64,000 nucleotides of DNA from an uncultured bacterium. GTDB taxonomy: Bacteria; Zhuqueibacterota; QNDG01; DTFT01. A program made the translations under genes and the position numbers. Below, in pieces: positions 55,491-64,000 of the stretch (position 1 is the stretch's first letter; every line of letters begins with the position of its first letter). Under the pieces are notes generated by a model that searched no databases, was not told where the DNA came from, and saw only the letters and a list, made by a program, of their open reading frames with translations. The stretch covers positions 14,914 through 78,913 of the forward strand of contig CAVTNR010000019.1 in assembly GCA_963736115.1 (NCBI GenBank), given 5' to 3'.

Positions 55491-58400
55491 ATGAAAAAGA
55501 CCACAATCGGCTGGATCGCGGCCCTCTTCCTGGGTGTCGCCGTCCGGGCCGTCGCTCAGGACTCAATGGCCCGGCTGCATGGTGATGAAGACAACAGCGT
55601 CAGCGGCCTGCACTCGGGCAACCAGATCAAGGCCAGCTTTTACAATGACGGACTGCTCGGCAAGCGGTACGTGGCCGTCACCGACATCGGCGGCGAATGG
55701 CCGATCAATTCAGGCCATGTCTACATCAACCAGCAGGTCATGTTTGTCGGGGCCGAGGTCAAGAACGACGAAGGCAGCACCATCCATATCGTTTCCGAGG
55801 GGAACGGATGCTCGGCAGGCAACTCCAACAACGCCGACTCGGGGGATTCGGGCCCCAACGGCGAATGGTATTCCATGACGCCGCTTCCGGGATTCCACAA
55901 TCCCCAGCCGCCGGCGGAAAAGAGCGCCAAACCCCGCATCGCCATGAGCCATTGGGAATGGTCCTGGCCGTCCAGCTGGCCCGACAAGACCGAGGACGTC
56001 ACGGACCCGGGATGGCCGGGTTCCTGGAACGGGTATTTCGGCAAGGGCGTGATGAACGCGGACCAGGAAAGCATGTATTACATGGATGACTACAACAACC
56101 GGGAATTTTCATACTATCCCGATTCCACGGACACCCAGCGGCGCGGTCTGGGGCTCCGCGGGCAGGTGCGCGGTTTTCAGTGGTCCAACGTCCTGGTGGA
56201 GGACATTCTGTTCCTCCTGTACGACGTGAAGAACATCGGCACCCGGGACCTGACCAAGATGAATTTCGGCATCATGTCGGGGCCGATCATGGGCAACACG
56301 GCGACCGGGGGCGGAAGCGAGGGCTCGGACGACGGCGGCGCTTACGACCTCGAGATGGAGATCGGCTACCACCTCGACCAGGACAACCTCGGGTACGGCG
56401 GATGGAACGTGGGATTCCTGGGGCAGGCCTTCTTTGAGAGTCCGGGCAACCCCTATGACGGCATCGACAATGACGGGGACGGGATGAACGGCCCCGGTCC
56501 GGTCATCACCCAGAGTCTGTTCGACCCCCGTCCGGTTCAAGCCGGCGACAACGTGATCGTGATCGACTATGTGACGTTTGCCCGAATCCATCGCGCAGAT
56601 GCCCGCCGCGGGTGCTGGACATTCCGTTCCAGGGCCGCATCGCTTCACATCGACGCGGGACAGGATCTTGTCGAGATCGCCGAACAACCTGTTCGACGAC
56701 AACCTGAACGGCATCATCGACGAAAACAACGGCTCCACATTCGGCGAGGGCGACGCACGCCGTTGTCGCGGTTCCTGTACGAGGGCCTGAAATACATCGA
56801 CTACTTCACGGGCGCCGGAAGCACAACAGCCTCGTTGACGAGCGGCGTGACGACGGCATCGACAACGACGGCGACTGGGACATCCTCACCGATGACGTGG
56901 GCATGGACGGCGTCGCGCGGTCCGGTGATGCCGGCGAAAAGGACGGTGTGCCCACGTCCGGAAGGGGCACGCTCTTCCGGGCGAACCGCATATCGACGTC
57001 ACCGACATCAACGAGTCCGACCAGATCGGCCTCGACAGCCTTCAATATCTACACGCCCTGGACGCTCTATCCGCTGTCGGATGACGAGAAACTCTGGACC
57101 GCCATCGCGCCCGGCTACCTGAACGCGATCGGGCAGATCGGCGACACCGACATCCTCGTCGGTTCCGGGTATTTTCCGCTCAAGGTCGAACAGACCGAGC
57201 GGTTCTCCGTCGGCGTGATATTTTCCAGCAGTCTGGAAGATCTGTACCGGAACAAGCGTTACGCGCAGAAGACCTATGTGGAGAACTACAATTTCTCCAA
57301 GGCTCCGATCATCCCGACCTGACCGCCGTGGCCGGCGACGAGCGGGTGACGCTGTACTGGGACGACGTGGCGGAAGGGTCCATCGATCCCATCACCGGAA
57401 AGGATTTCCAGGGTTACCGGATCTACCGGTCCACGGATCCCGGATTCAACGATATGACGTCGATCACCGACGGATTCGGATCCGCATCGTACCGGAAACC
57501 GGTCGCCCAGTTCGATCTCGAGGACGGGATCACTGGGATTCTCGGGAATACATGTCCGCGGGGTTCATTTCTGGCTGGGCGAGGACACCGGTCTCCAGCA
57601 TGTCTGGACGGATGAATCGGTCCGGAACGGTCAGAAATACTATTATGCCGTGACATCCTACGACAGTGGATCCGATTCCCTGGGCATCGCGCCGACGGAA
57701 TGCTCGAAATATATCTCCATTTCACAGGACGGCGCGATTGACAAAGGGAAGAACGTGGCCATCGTGCGGCCCGAGGCGCCCTCCGCCGGATATCGGGCCA
57801 GCGGACCGGACCTCGTGCGGCTGCTGCCCGGCGGGGCGACGAGCGGAACCGTCGAAATGCAGGTGATCGATCCCGCGCTGGTCAAGGGCGGCCATCTCTA
57901 TCGCATTACCTTCGAGGAAAGCCTCAAAGTGGTCAAGAGCTTCGCGGACACGCTGTATACGAAACGGCTGACGTTCACGGACGTCACGGCCGGGTCCGTT
58001 CTATACGGTCCCGAGGACTGGACGGGACTGGACCTGACGCTTCCCGTGGTCGACGGTTTCGAACTCACGCTTCGAAACGAGGCTTCGCTGGCGTTCGATT
58101 CGGCTTCGAGCGGCTGGAGCCGGCAGGGGCTCTACGCCTTCACCGTGACGCCCTACGCCTATCGGGAGGAGAAGGAAGGGCCGCTGGCCCGCGACTTCGA
58201 TGTGGTGTTCGGCGGGTTTGCCGGTTTCGATTCCTCCCGTACGTTTTTCAGGAGGGGGAGGGACCTGGCGGGAAAACCGGTCAATTTCACGGTCCTGGAC
58301 GCGGAGACGCATGAGCGCATGCCGTTCGGCTTCTACGAGGCGGACGGGAACGACGGCGTTTTCAGCGGATACACCGTGAAAACCACGACGGACGAGATCA

Positions 58401-58920
58401 CGGTTCTGAACAGGGGCTCGGACGGCGCCCTCCTGCCAAGCTGGGTCATCAAGCTCGCAACCAGCGCGGACGATTCGGTCCGCTCGAATCCGGCGGAAGG
58501 GATACCCTGGCCGTGCGCCTCAGCAAGCCTTTCCTGGCGGCGGATATTTTCGAATTCACCATGAAGAGCGAATCGATTGACGCGGAGGCGGTGAAGGATG
58601 CGATGGGCCGCATCCAGGTGGTGCCGAATCCGTACATCGTGGCCAACTCCTGGGAAGCCCAGAATCCCTACGCGAACGGACGCGGGCCGAGGGAAATACA
58701 CTTCACTCACCTTCCGGCGGTTTGCACGATCAAGATCTTCAATCTGCGCGGCCAGATGATCCGAACCCTCGAGCACGACTCGCCGGCCATCGCGGACGGC
58801 ACCGAGATCTGGGACATGCAGACGAAGGACAACCTCGACGTCGCCTACGGTGTGTACATCTATCACATCAACGCCGGGAAGACCGGGCAGAAGATCGGGA
58901 AGTTCGCGATCGTCAAATAA
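55491..58920 (+). pseudogene. About 1140-aa secreted Asp-rich/FN3-like protein with T9SS-type C-terminal sorting domain; about 10 frameshifts
   Basis: Signal peptide MKKTTIGWIAALFLGVAVRAVAQD. The coherent sequence hops between frames (ORFs 55491, 56578, 56897, 57328, 57650, 58513 and unlisted pieces). Ca-binding-like DDNLNGIIDENNG and DDGIDNDGDWDILTDDVGMDG. RVTLYWDDVAEGS ... GYRIYRS. C-terminus IQVVPNPY ... CTIKIFNLRGQMIRTL ... GVYIYHINAG ... FAIVK. Confidence 0.7.
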
Positions 58921-58925
58921 AAAAA

Positions 58926-59037
58926 GTTCATAGTTCATGGTTCATAGTTCATAGTTGGAAGAGAATTAAGAACAGTTATTAAATGAAGCGACAAAACACC
59001 TTTTTTGACTATGAACTATGAACTATCAACCATGAAC
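58926..59037. repeat. GTTCATR heptad inverted array
   Basis: Left arm gttcata gttcatg gttcata gttcata gtt (58926-58956). Right arm ctatgaac tatgaac tatcaac catgaac (59009-59037). Confidence 0.8.
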
Positions 59038-59059
59038 TGCCAATAAAAGGAGACCCGAA

Positions 59060-60115
59060 ATGAAGAAACTTTTACTGATAGGGATGGCCGTGCTCCTGTC
59101 CTTCCCGGCATACGGCCGGGAGGTGACGAAGGCGGGGACGACGTCGGCGGCGTTTCTGAACATCGACCAGGGCGCTCGTGGGGTCGGGATGGGGAGCGCG
59201 TTCGTGTCGGTGGTGGACGACATCAGCGGGGTGTACTGGAATCCGGCTGGGATCGCCCGGATGAAGGGCGGCCAGGCGTCGTTCAGCAACACGCAGTGGA
59301 TCGCGGACATCGCGTACAACCACGCGGCGGTAGCGGTTCCGGTGGGTGGCGTGGGGGTTCTGGGCGTGAGCGCTCAGTTCCTGACGATGGGGGACATGGA
59401 CCGGACGACGACGATGGAGCCGGAGGGGACCGGGGAGACGTTTTCGGCCGGGAGCTACGCGTTCGCGCTGAGCTACGCCCGGAATCTGACGGACCGGTTT
59501 TCGATCGGGTTCAACGCGAAGTACGTTCAGGAGAAGATCTTTCACATGAACGCGCGGGGCATGGCGTTCGACGTGGGGACGCTGTTCGACACCCAGCTGG
59601 AGGGACTTCGTCTGGGGATGAGCATATCGAATTACGGAACGAAGATGCAGATGGGCGGCCAGGACGCGCTGGTTCAGAAGGACATCGACGCGACGGTGTC
59701 TGGGAACAACCCGAACATCAACGCGAATCTTCAGACGGACAAGTGGGACATGCCGCTTTTGTTCCGTGTGGGGATGAGCGTGGACGTTCTGAAGGGTCTG
59801 TACGACAGCAATCTGACGCTGGCGGTGGACGCGCTTCATCCGAACGACGACGTGGAGAGCGTGAACGTGGGCGCGGAGTACGTGTTTCACCGGATGGTGG
59901 CTCTGCGGGCGGGATACAAGTCGATGTTCGCGAAGGACAGCGAGGAGGGTCTGACGTTCGGCGGGGGCCTGCAGTACCGGATGTTCGGAACATCGTCCCT
60001 GATGCTGGACTACGCGTGGGCGGATTTCGGGGTGCTGAAGGAGATCCAGAAGTTCTCGATCGGGATGACTTCTGAAAAGTTCATAGTTGATAGTTCATGG
60101 TTCATAGAAAAATGA
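59060..60115 (+). CDS. PorV/PorQ-family outer-membrane beta-barrel protein
   Basis: Signal peptide. TTSAAFLNIDQGARGVGMGSAFVSVVDDISGVYWNPAGIA N-terminal signature. Alternating beta-strand pattern. The last 10 codons (IVDSSWFIEK) are encoded by a heptad array. Confidence 0.7.
   Translation: MKKLLLIGMAVLLSFPAYGREVTKAGTTSAAFLNIDQGARGVGMGSAFVSVVDDISGVYWNPAGIARMKGGQASFSNTQWIADIAYNHAAVAVPVGGVGVLGVSAQFLTMGDMDRTTTMEPEGTGETFSAGSYAFALSYARNLTDRFSIGFNAKYVQEKIFHMNARGMAFDVGTLFDTQLEGLRLGMSISNYGTKMQMGGQDALVQKDIDATVSGNNPNINANLQTDKWDMPLLFRVGMSVDVLKGLYDSNLTLAVDALHPNDDVESVNVGAEYVFHRMVALRAGYKSMFAKDSEEGLTFGGGLQYRMFGTSSLMLDYAWADFGVLKEIQKFSIGMTSEKFIVDSSWFIEK
60079..60107. repeat. GTTCATR heptad array, single arm
   Basis: gttcata gttgata gttcatg gttcata g. 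This is an inverted copy of 59009-59037 and shares the rare tatCaac/gttGata unit. Confidence 0.75.
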
Positions 60116-60136
60116 GTGTTTCGGGATAAGGGCTGG

Positions 60137-60167
60137 GTGTCATCCCCGAGCTGTTCTATCGGGGATC
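60137..60167. repeat. TGTCATCCCCG hairpin repeat, copy 2
   Basis: TGTCATCCCCGAgctgttctaTCGGGGATCC. Confidence 0.55.
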
Positions 60168-60201
60168 CAGGGTGGGGTGGACAATCCCGTGATGGGTTAT
60201 C

Positions 60202-60242
60202 AAAAAGACCTGAAAGGTTCGGAAGACCTTTCAGGTCTTTTT
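60202..60242. terminator. Bidirectional rho-independent terminator after the PorV-like gene
   Basis: AAAAAGACCTGAAAGGT-tcggaag-ACCTTTCAGGTCTTTTT. Confidence 0.75.
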
Positions 60243-60599
60243 CGAAGCGCCGATAGGACGATGAGAGAAAATGATTGATGGAAATGAGGGACGGATTCGT
60301 GGTATTTACATTAATAAAAATTAAGTACCTTCATAGTGATTCGCAAAATTTATTCATGATTGTAGCAATTGTTTAAGCAAAAAAATATCATGCGTTTAGG
60401 GCGTTTTATGTGATTTCATCTCAATCCGGCATCAGGGTCTCAGGAAAATCTATACTCAGGAACCCTGGACGATAAAAGCAGTAAAATTAGATAGAATATC
60501 GCTTAAAAAGTTGTTACATTGGTTTGCTTCCGGTAACAATTCCGAAAAGAACAGTCTATATTCAACCTGATCAATCATTTAACAGCAACGGGAAAAACC

Positions 60600-62078
60600 A
60601 TGCGATTCAATCGTTCAGCGGTTCTTTTCACGATCCCGGCCGTCCTCCTTCTGATCGCCGCGGGATGCTCCAGGAAGTCCAATGAAGATCCGGTTCTGGC
60701 CCGCATCGGCGACAGAACCATCACCAAAAAACAGTACCAGTACCGGACCGAGCTGACGATCCGTCCCCGGTATCCCGGCCTAAAAAGCGACTGCACGAAA
60801 GTCGAACTTCTCGACAATCTGATGATGGAAAAACTGTTCGCCATCGAGGCGGGAGATGATTACTCCCTTCTGAAACGCCGGTCCTTCCGCGATCACATCC
60901 GCGGCATCCGGGAACAGAGCATGCGGGAGGAACTGTACGGGGAAGTCGCAACGAAAAAAGTGAACGTGGACACGTCGGATCTGAAACAGCGGTATCGTCT
61001 GGCAGCCCGCGAATACGAGGTCCAGTTCTATACGATACGGAACAAAGAGACAGCCAGAAAAATTCAGGAACAGATACTGCTGAATCCGCAAAAGGCCGGT
61101 CCCATCTTCGACGGGCTGGGGCCGGAGGGATCGTCCATCCCGAAACACGCGGTGAAGTGGAAAGATCCTGAAAACGATCTGGTGCACGAGGCCCTGTTCC
61201 GCAGGCCCGTGCCCGTGGACACGGTCATCGGCCCCATCCGCATCGGCCCGAACGAGCACCTGATCATGAAGGTGGCCGGGTGGACGGATTTCCCGGTCAT
61301 CGGCGGGGAAGAGGTCCAGATGCGGTGGAACGAGGTGAAGGAGAAAACCGTCCAGCGCAAGGCGCGCGCCGAATGGGAGCGGTACATGGGGCGCCTGCTG
61401 GGCGGAAAGGCCATCAAGTTCAACCCCCCCGTTTTCCGCCGGATGGCCGACATGGCCTGGATGATGTACGGCGCCGCGTCCGATTCGCAGATTCAGGAGA
61501 TCAACAAGAATTTCTTCAACGCCCTGAAGGATTCCGCTACGGTCGATCCGTACGGGAACGAAGAAGCTTTCCTCAAAGCGTCGTTTTTTGAGGTGGAAGG
61601 CAGGACCTGGACTGTCGATCAGTTCAAGCGCGAGCTCGCCGCGCATCCCCTGGTGTACCGGAGAAAGAACATCCCGAAAGAGGCTTTCCGCGCGGAATTC
61701 AAGAACGCGGTGACCGATTTCATGCGGGACCAGTTCCTGAACCGGGAGGCCTACAAACGGGGTCTCGACAAGCGGGATTTCGTGCGCTCGAACGCCGCCG
61801 AATGGCAGGATGCGCTGGTCGCGGTTCATTTCAGGAACGAGACGCTGAACCGGCTGGCGGAGAAGCACGGCCTGGAGGGACAACCGACGCTCCTGAAGCC
61901 GGTATATGAGGCTTACGTGGACAGCCTGTGGACGGCCAACCGGAGCCGGATTTCCTGGGATGCGGAAATACTGAAGACGATTCGGCTGTCCAGCATCGAC
62001 TTCTACGCGTACAAGCCGGGCGTGCCGTTCCCGGCCGCGACGCCCCCGTTTCCGACTCTCATCACGAAATCGCACTGA
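60600..62078 (+). CDS. Hypothetical lipoprotein (possible SurA/PpiD-like chaperone N-terminal region)
   Basis: Lipobox LLIAAGCS. No catalytic motif recognised. Early segment ARIGDRTITKKQYQYRTEL is reminiscent of SurA_N-type chaperones (weak). Confidence 0.45.
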   Translation: MRFNRSAVLFTIPAVLLLIAAGCSRKSNEDPVLARIGDRTITKKQYQYRTELTIRPRYPGLKSDCTKVELLDNLMMEKLFAIEAGDDYSLLKRRSFRDHIRGIREQSMREELYGEVATKKVNVDTSDLKQRYRLAAREYEVQFYTIRNKETARKIQEQILLNPQKAGPIFDGLGPEGSSIPKHAVKWKDPENDLVHEALFRRPVPVDTVIGPIRIGPNEHLIMKVAGWTDFPVIGGEEVQMRWNEVKEKTVQRKARAEWERYMGRLLGGKAIKFNPPVFRRMADMAWMMYGAASDSQIQEINKNFFNALKDSATVDPYGNEEAFLKASFFEVEGRTWTVDQFKRELAAHPLVYRRKNIPKEAFRAEFKNAVTDFMRDQFLNREAYKRGLDKRDFVRSNAAEWQDALVAVHFRNETLNRLAEKHGLEGQPTLLKPVYEAYVDSLWTANRSRISWDAEILKTIRLSSIDFYAYKPGVPFPAATPPFPTLITKSH

Positions 62079-62079
62079 C

Positions 62080-62718
62080 ATGGCGGCTGCCGCGCGGCGG
62101 GCCTGGATCGCGGGCGTGACCGGGGGCATCGGGAGCGGGAAGACCGTTTTCAGCCGCCGGCTCGCGGGCCGCTCCGGTCGTGTCGTGGATGCGGACCGGA
62201 TTGCGGCGCGGCTGACGGATTCGGACCGGGCCGTCAGGGAAAAACTGGCGGACGCTTTCGGGGAGCGGATTTTCAAGGCCTCCGGACGTCTGGACCGCGG
62301 CCTTGTCGCCTCGATCGTCTTCGACAGTCCCGCCGCGCTCCGCGCATTGAACCGTATCGTCTGGCCGGTCCTGGTGCGGGCGATACGCGCCGAAATCCGC
62401 CGCCTGCATCAGGAAGCACCCGGCATTCCTCTGGTTCTGGACATGGCCGTTCTTTTCGAAACCGGCTGTGATCGTCTCTGCGATACGGTGGTGACCGTGC
62501 GCGCGCCGATCAAGGCGCGCATCCGACGACTGCGGGAGTCGCGCGGATGGGACGAAGCCCACATCCGGCTGAGGATGGCCGCGCAGATGAGTGACGAGGA
62601 CCGCGTGGAACGCTCGGATTTCATCGTGAACAATGATGGAACCCCGTCCGAACTCGCCGGGAAGGCGCGTCATTTCAGACAGCGCCTGAACGCGGCCTTT
62701 CCCGGAGAACCGGCGTAA
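62080..62718 (+). CDS. coaE: Dephospho-CoA kinase
   Basis: IAGVTGGIGSGKTVFS P-loop. About 200 aa. ...VVTVRAPIKARIRRL... Confidence 0.85.
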   Translation: MAAAARRAWIAGVTGGIGSGKTVFSRRLAGRSGRVVDADRIAARLTDSDRAVREKLADAFGERIFKASGRLDRGLVASIVFDSPAALRALNRIVWPVLVRAIRAEIRRLHQEAPGIPLVLDMAVLFETGCDRLCDTVVTVRAPIKARIRRLRESRGWDEAHIRLRMAAQMSDEDRVERSDFIVNNDGTPSELAGKARHFRQRLNAAFPGEPA

Positions 62719-62752
62719 AACCCGACCCGGCCGAATCAGGACGGAAGAGTGT

Positions 62753-62783
62753 AGCGCATTTCCGAAATGCGCTTGATTTTCTG
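62753..62783 (+). terminator. Terminator-like hairpin after coaE
   Basis: AGCGCATTTccgAAATGCGCT followed by TGATTTTCTG. Confidence 0.45.
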
Positions 62784-63062
62784 ATAAATTCTTTTTACTA
62801 TACGATGTTACCCCGTTCGTTCTCCGGCATGATTCAGCGGTTCCGGCCTCCCGGCCTGGACCGCCTATCGACAGGCGGATCGTATCACTCGAATCTGGTT
62901 CCAAACGCACACTCCAATTGAGGCCTTACGGCCCTTCGCCCGGTTTCTGATCCGTATCCGGGGAGCGGCCCATCCGGCAATTTCATTTGCGGATCAGAAA
63001 TCGGCCGTCGGCGGAAGGCTTCGGCCGCCGCTCTCTTTACGGCCGGGGATCGGAGGTCCGTT

Positions 63063-64000
63063 TTGTACGCCGTGATCATGGCCGGCGGTTCCGGGACGCG
63101 ATTCTGGCCCAGGAGCCGCGAATCGAAATCCAAACAGTTTCTGAACATCATCGGCAGAAAAACGCTTTTCGAACAAACCCTCGACCGCTTCGCTCCCCTG
63201 GTCGGCCGGGACAATCTGTATGTGGTCGCAAAAGCCGGCCAGAAATCCCAGTTCCGTCCATTCTCCAGCCGAATTCCCAGGTCCCATTTTATCTGGGAGC
63301 CGATGGGCAAGGACACGGCCCCGTGTATCGGTCTCGCCGCCGTGGTTCTGGACCGTTCGGAACCGGACGCCGTCATGGCGGTCACGCCGGCCGATCACCT
63401 CATTCTGGATCTTCCGAGATTCCGAAAATCGATACTGGCGGCCGCCCAGCTGGCCCGGGAACAGGACAGTTTCGTGACGCTGGGCATCGTGCCGGACCGG
63501 CCGGCGACCGGTTACGGGTACATCCAGATCGACGGGAGCCAGGGATCCTTCTACGGCGTGGAGGCCTTCAAGGTGAAGACATTCGCCGAGAAGCCCAACG
63601 CCGAAACCGCGGCCATGTTTCTCGCCAGCGGCGATTTTGTCTGGAACAGCGGCATATTCGTGTTCCGGACCTCGGTCTATCTCAAGGCCGTGGAGGAGTT
63701 CCTTCCGGACCTGTATGACGGGCTTTGCGAGATCCGGGGCGCGCTCGACAAGCGCGGCTACGTCCGGGCGGTCCAGCGTGTGTACCGGCAGATCCGGAGC
63801 ATCTCGATCGATTTCGGCATCATGGAGAAGGTCTCCAACGTGCTCTGCGTGCGGGGCGATTTCCGCTGGAGCGACCTTGGCAGCTGGGAGCAGGTGCACA
63901 AGCTCAGCGAAAAAGACGGGAAGGGGAACGTCGTGTCGGGAGACGCGGTGCTCGTCGATACGACGCAGTCGTACGTGCACACGGACGGGGGCGTCGTGGC
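63063..64000 (+). CDS. manC: Mannose-1-phosphate guanylyltransferase (partial; runs off the window end)
   Basis: Not in the ORF track because it has no stop in the window. TTG 63063 lies 5 nt after GGAGG. My own translation: (M)YAVIMAGGSGTRFWPRSRESKSKQFL ... EPMGKDTAPCIGLAA ... GIVPDRPATGYGYI ... FAEKPN ... FVWNSGIFVF ... SIDFGIMEK. No stop codon through 64000. Confidence 0.85.
   Translation, partial: MYAVIMAGGSGTRFWPRSRESKSKQFLNIIGRKTLFEQTLDRFAPLVGRDNLYVVAKAGQKSQFRPFSSRIPRSHFIWEPMGKDTAPCIGLAAVVLDRSEPDAVMAVTPADHLILDLPRFRKSILAAAQLAREQDSFVTLGIVPDRPATGYGYIQIDGSQGSFYGVEAFKVKTFAEKPNAETAAMFLASGDFVWNSGIFVFRTSVYLKAVEEFLPDLYDGLCEIRGALDKRGYVRAVQRVYRQIRSISIDFGIMEKVSNVLCVRGDFRWSDLGSWEQVHKLSEKDGKGNVVSGDAVLVDTTQSYVHTDGGVV

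Noticed and set aside
62994-63980. 328-aa minus-strand ORF and 243-aa plus-strand ORF (62987-63718) covering the end of the window
   Set aside because: Neither has recognisable motifs. A third frame, not listed because it has no stop in the window, translates into an unmistakable mannose-1-phosphate guanylyltransferase from TTG 63063.

Overview
GC-rich (judged by eye, not computed) bacterial chromosomal segment. It probably comes from an uncultivated anaerobe with an outer membrane. A T9SS-type C-terminal sorting domain, a PorV-like barrel and a TonB-dependent receptor hint at an FCB-group-like lineage, but that is inference only. I count about 55 protein genes and saw no rRNA, tRNA or CRISPR array. 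Gene order, left to right: (1) a membrane-bound group-4 [NiFe]-hydrogenase module (NuoC-like, large subunit, NuoH-like, 2x[4Fe-4S] subunit, HycI-type protease), with the large subunit broken by two 1-nt insertions; (2) small redox/metabolic genes (ferritin-like Cys-rich protein, ABM monooxygenase, Fe-ADH, lone SucD, PD40 lipoprotein, thioesterase); (3) two-subunit class I fumarase and NfnAB-like oxidoreductase; (4) the conserved yceD-rpmF-plsX-fabH-fabD-fabG-acpP-fabF-rnc cluster, then an acyl-CoA dehydrogenase; (5) Wzi-like OMP, MBL hydrolase, divergent NDK, DinB, DEAD-box helicase, orphan prepilin, Ldh2-family dehydrogenase, hisS, CPBP protease, TPR protein; (6) etfB / PNPOx-like / ferredoxin-fused etfA and a polysaccharide deacetylase; (7) a minus-strand beta-glucan locus (MFS/GPH transporter, GH17 lipoprotein, 1151-aa GH94-clan-like putative phosphorylase) interrupted by a RAYT transposase and its REP hairpins; (8) a Tat-dependent Fe-S aldo/keto reductase; (9) a BlaI-BlaR1 pair whose M56 sensor-protease has a roughly 815-aa ectodomain of four GyrI-like modules plus a SPOR-like domain, with a consensus promoter carrying three TACA-N2-(T/C)GTA boxes; (10) a radical SAM gene; (11) an outer-membrane module (TonB-dependent receptor, roughly 1140-aa secreted protein with T9SS-like CTD, PorV-like barrel) where the first two genes carry 1 and about 10 frameshifts; (12) a lipoprotein, coaE and a partial manC. 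Intergenic DNA holds at least five short-repeat families: REP hairpins, 7-nt-periodic GTTCATR inverted arrays, a 115-160-bp two-hairpin element, GACCCCGGGGT doublets and TGTCATCCCCG hairpins. Most notable: the BlaR1 architecture, the REP/RAYT system inside the glucan locus, the heptad arrays, and the tightly localised indel cluster.
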